Shown here: positions 63,508 through 64,000 of the stretch, piece by piece
Position numbering within the stretch: position 1 is the first letter of the stretch
How the letters are laid out: the number at the start of each line of letters is the position of its first letter
NCBI GenBank assembly: GCA_009693745.1
Contig: SHWR01000001.1
Coordinates: 476 to 64,475 of the forward strand
Origin: Candidatus Fonsibacter sp.
GTDB lineage: Bacteria > Pseudomonadota > Alphaproteobacteria > Pelagibacterales > Pelagibacteraceae
Direction of reading: 5' to 3'
DNA length: 64,000 nt
Made by a program: the position numbers and the translations under genes
Notes under the pieces: generated by a model
The model's input: the letters and a program-made list of their open reading frames with translations, nothing else
What the model was told of the DNA's origin: nothing
Database searches by the model: none

Positions 63508-63948
63508 TTAAGACCATTTTAAATTTGATCTTAATGTCTTAGCCTTCTTTCTTGCTTCTTCTCTAAATTTTGAAAACTTTTGAGGTTCCCACATTTGAAA
63601 TGTTTTTCCTTGTCCTACAAAAAAAACTGTTTCTTTAATTCCAGAATGATCTAAAAGTTTTTTTGGAAGAACTACTCTCCCATCAGAGTCAAAATTTAAT
63701 TGAAAACTATCTGCGAGTATTGAAGTTGCAAAAGTATCTCTATTTTCTTCAAAAGGACTGAGACTGTCTATACTATCACTTAATTTTTCAATTCTACTTT
63801 GAGGACAAAACTCAATTGATGAATTTGTAAATGAAGGATAACAAACAACACTATTATATCCTAATGATGATAAATAAGATCTAAAGCTAGCTGGCACTGA
63901 TACTCTGCCTTTCTTGTCTAACTTGTTTTCGTATGTTGATATAAACAT
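63508..63948 (-). CDS. mraZ: Transcriptional regulator MraZ
   Basis: 146 aa. Two SpoVT/AbrB-type repeats with DKKGRVSVPASFR and DSDGRVVLPKKL. Confidence 0.9.
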   Translation of the reverse strand: MFISTYENKLDKKGRVSVPASFRSYLSSLGYNSVVCYPSFTNSSIEFCPQSRIEKLSDSIDSLSPFEENRDTFATSILADSFQLNFDSDGRVVLPKKLLDHSGIKETVFFVGQGKTFQMWEPQKFSKFREEARKKAKTLRSNLKWS

Positions 63949-64000
63949 TTATTTTTTTAAAAAAAAAATTCCCTATAAATTTATTCATAAAATAGTTAAT

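Overview
This is a visibly AT-rich (roughly 30% G+C by eye, not computed) and extremely gene-dense bacterial chromosome segment. I call 59 protein genes on both strands. Many neighbours share 1-16 bp start/stop overlaps and most intergenic spacers are under 90 bp. I saw no rRNA, tRNA, CRISPR array, transposase, integrase or phage gene. Gene content and order are alphaproteobacterial, and the streamlining fits a SAR11/Pelagibacterales-type genome; this is inference, since no search was possible.

Content from left to right:
- A proC-like gene (partial), pdxH, aroC and a rhomboid protease.
- An SDR, a D-glutamate-cyclase-family hydro-lyase, a LivFGMH + binding-protein ABC importer, and 5-oxoprolinase pxpA / pxpBC.
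- A tricarboxylate block: aconitase, a PrpF-family isomerase, a tctA fused to a tctB-sized module, tctC, an Ldh_2 oxidoreductase and a TcuA-like flavoprotein.
- An AbrB-type membrane protein and a TAXI-TRAP transporter with DUF1850.
- A methionine-themed block: msrB, a PaaI thioesterase, a signal-peptide msrA, a glaH/csiD-family dioxygenase, azlCD, a LysE exporter, a GC-rich structured leader, and metF-metE-metZ.
- A ferredoxin + SDR pair, fumC, an AsmA-like protein, uvrD and pepP.
- An unbroken 21.3 kb minus-strand array: ligA-bamD-lpxC-ftsA-ftsQ-ddl-murB-murC-murG-ftsW-murD-mraY-murF-murE-ftsI-ftsL-rsmH-ftsZ-mraZ.

I did not find a convincing novel multi-gene system. There is no defence, toxin-antitoxin, secretion or mobile module; this is core housekeeping and transport DNA.

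The most unusual items are:
- ftsZ has moved from the end of the dcw cluster to between mraZ and rsmH.
- A GC-rich, terminator-containing leader precedes metF-metE-metZ and is a candidate riboswitch of unresolved class.
- A transporter-linked group of enzymes all converges on cis-aconitate.
- An amino-acid importer is flanked by a D-glutamate-cyclase homolog and 5-oxoprolinase.
- An orphan glutarate-hydroxylase-family gene is translationally coupled to a secreted MsrA.
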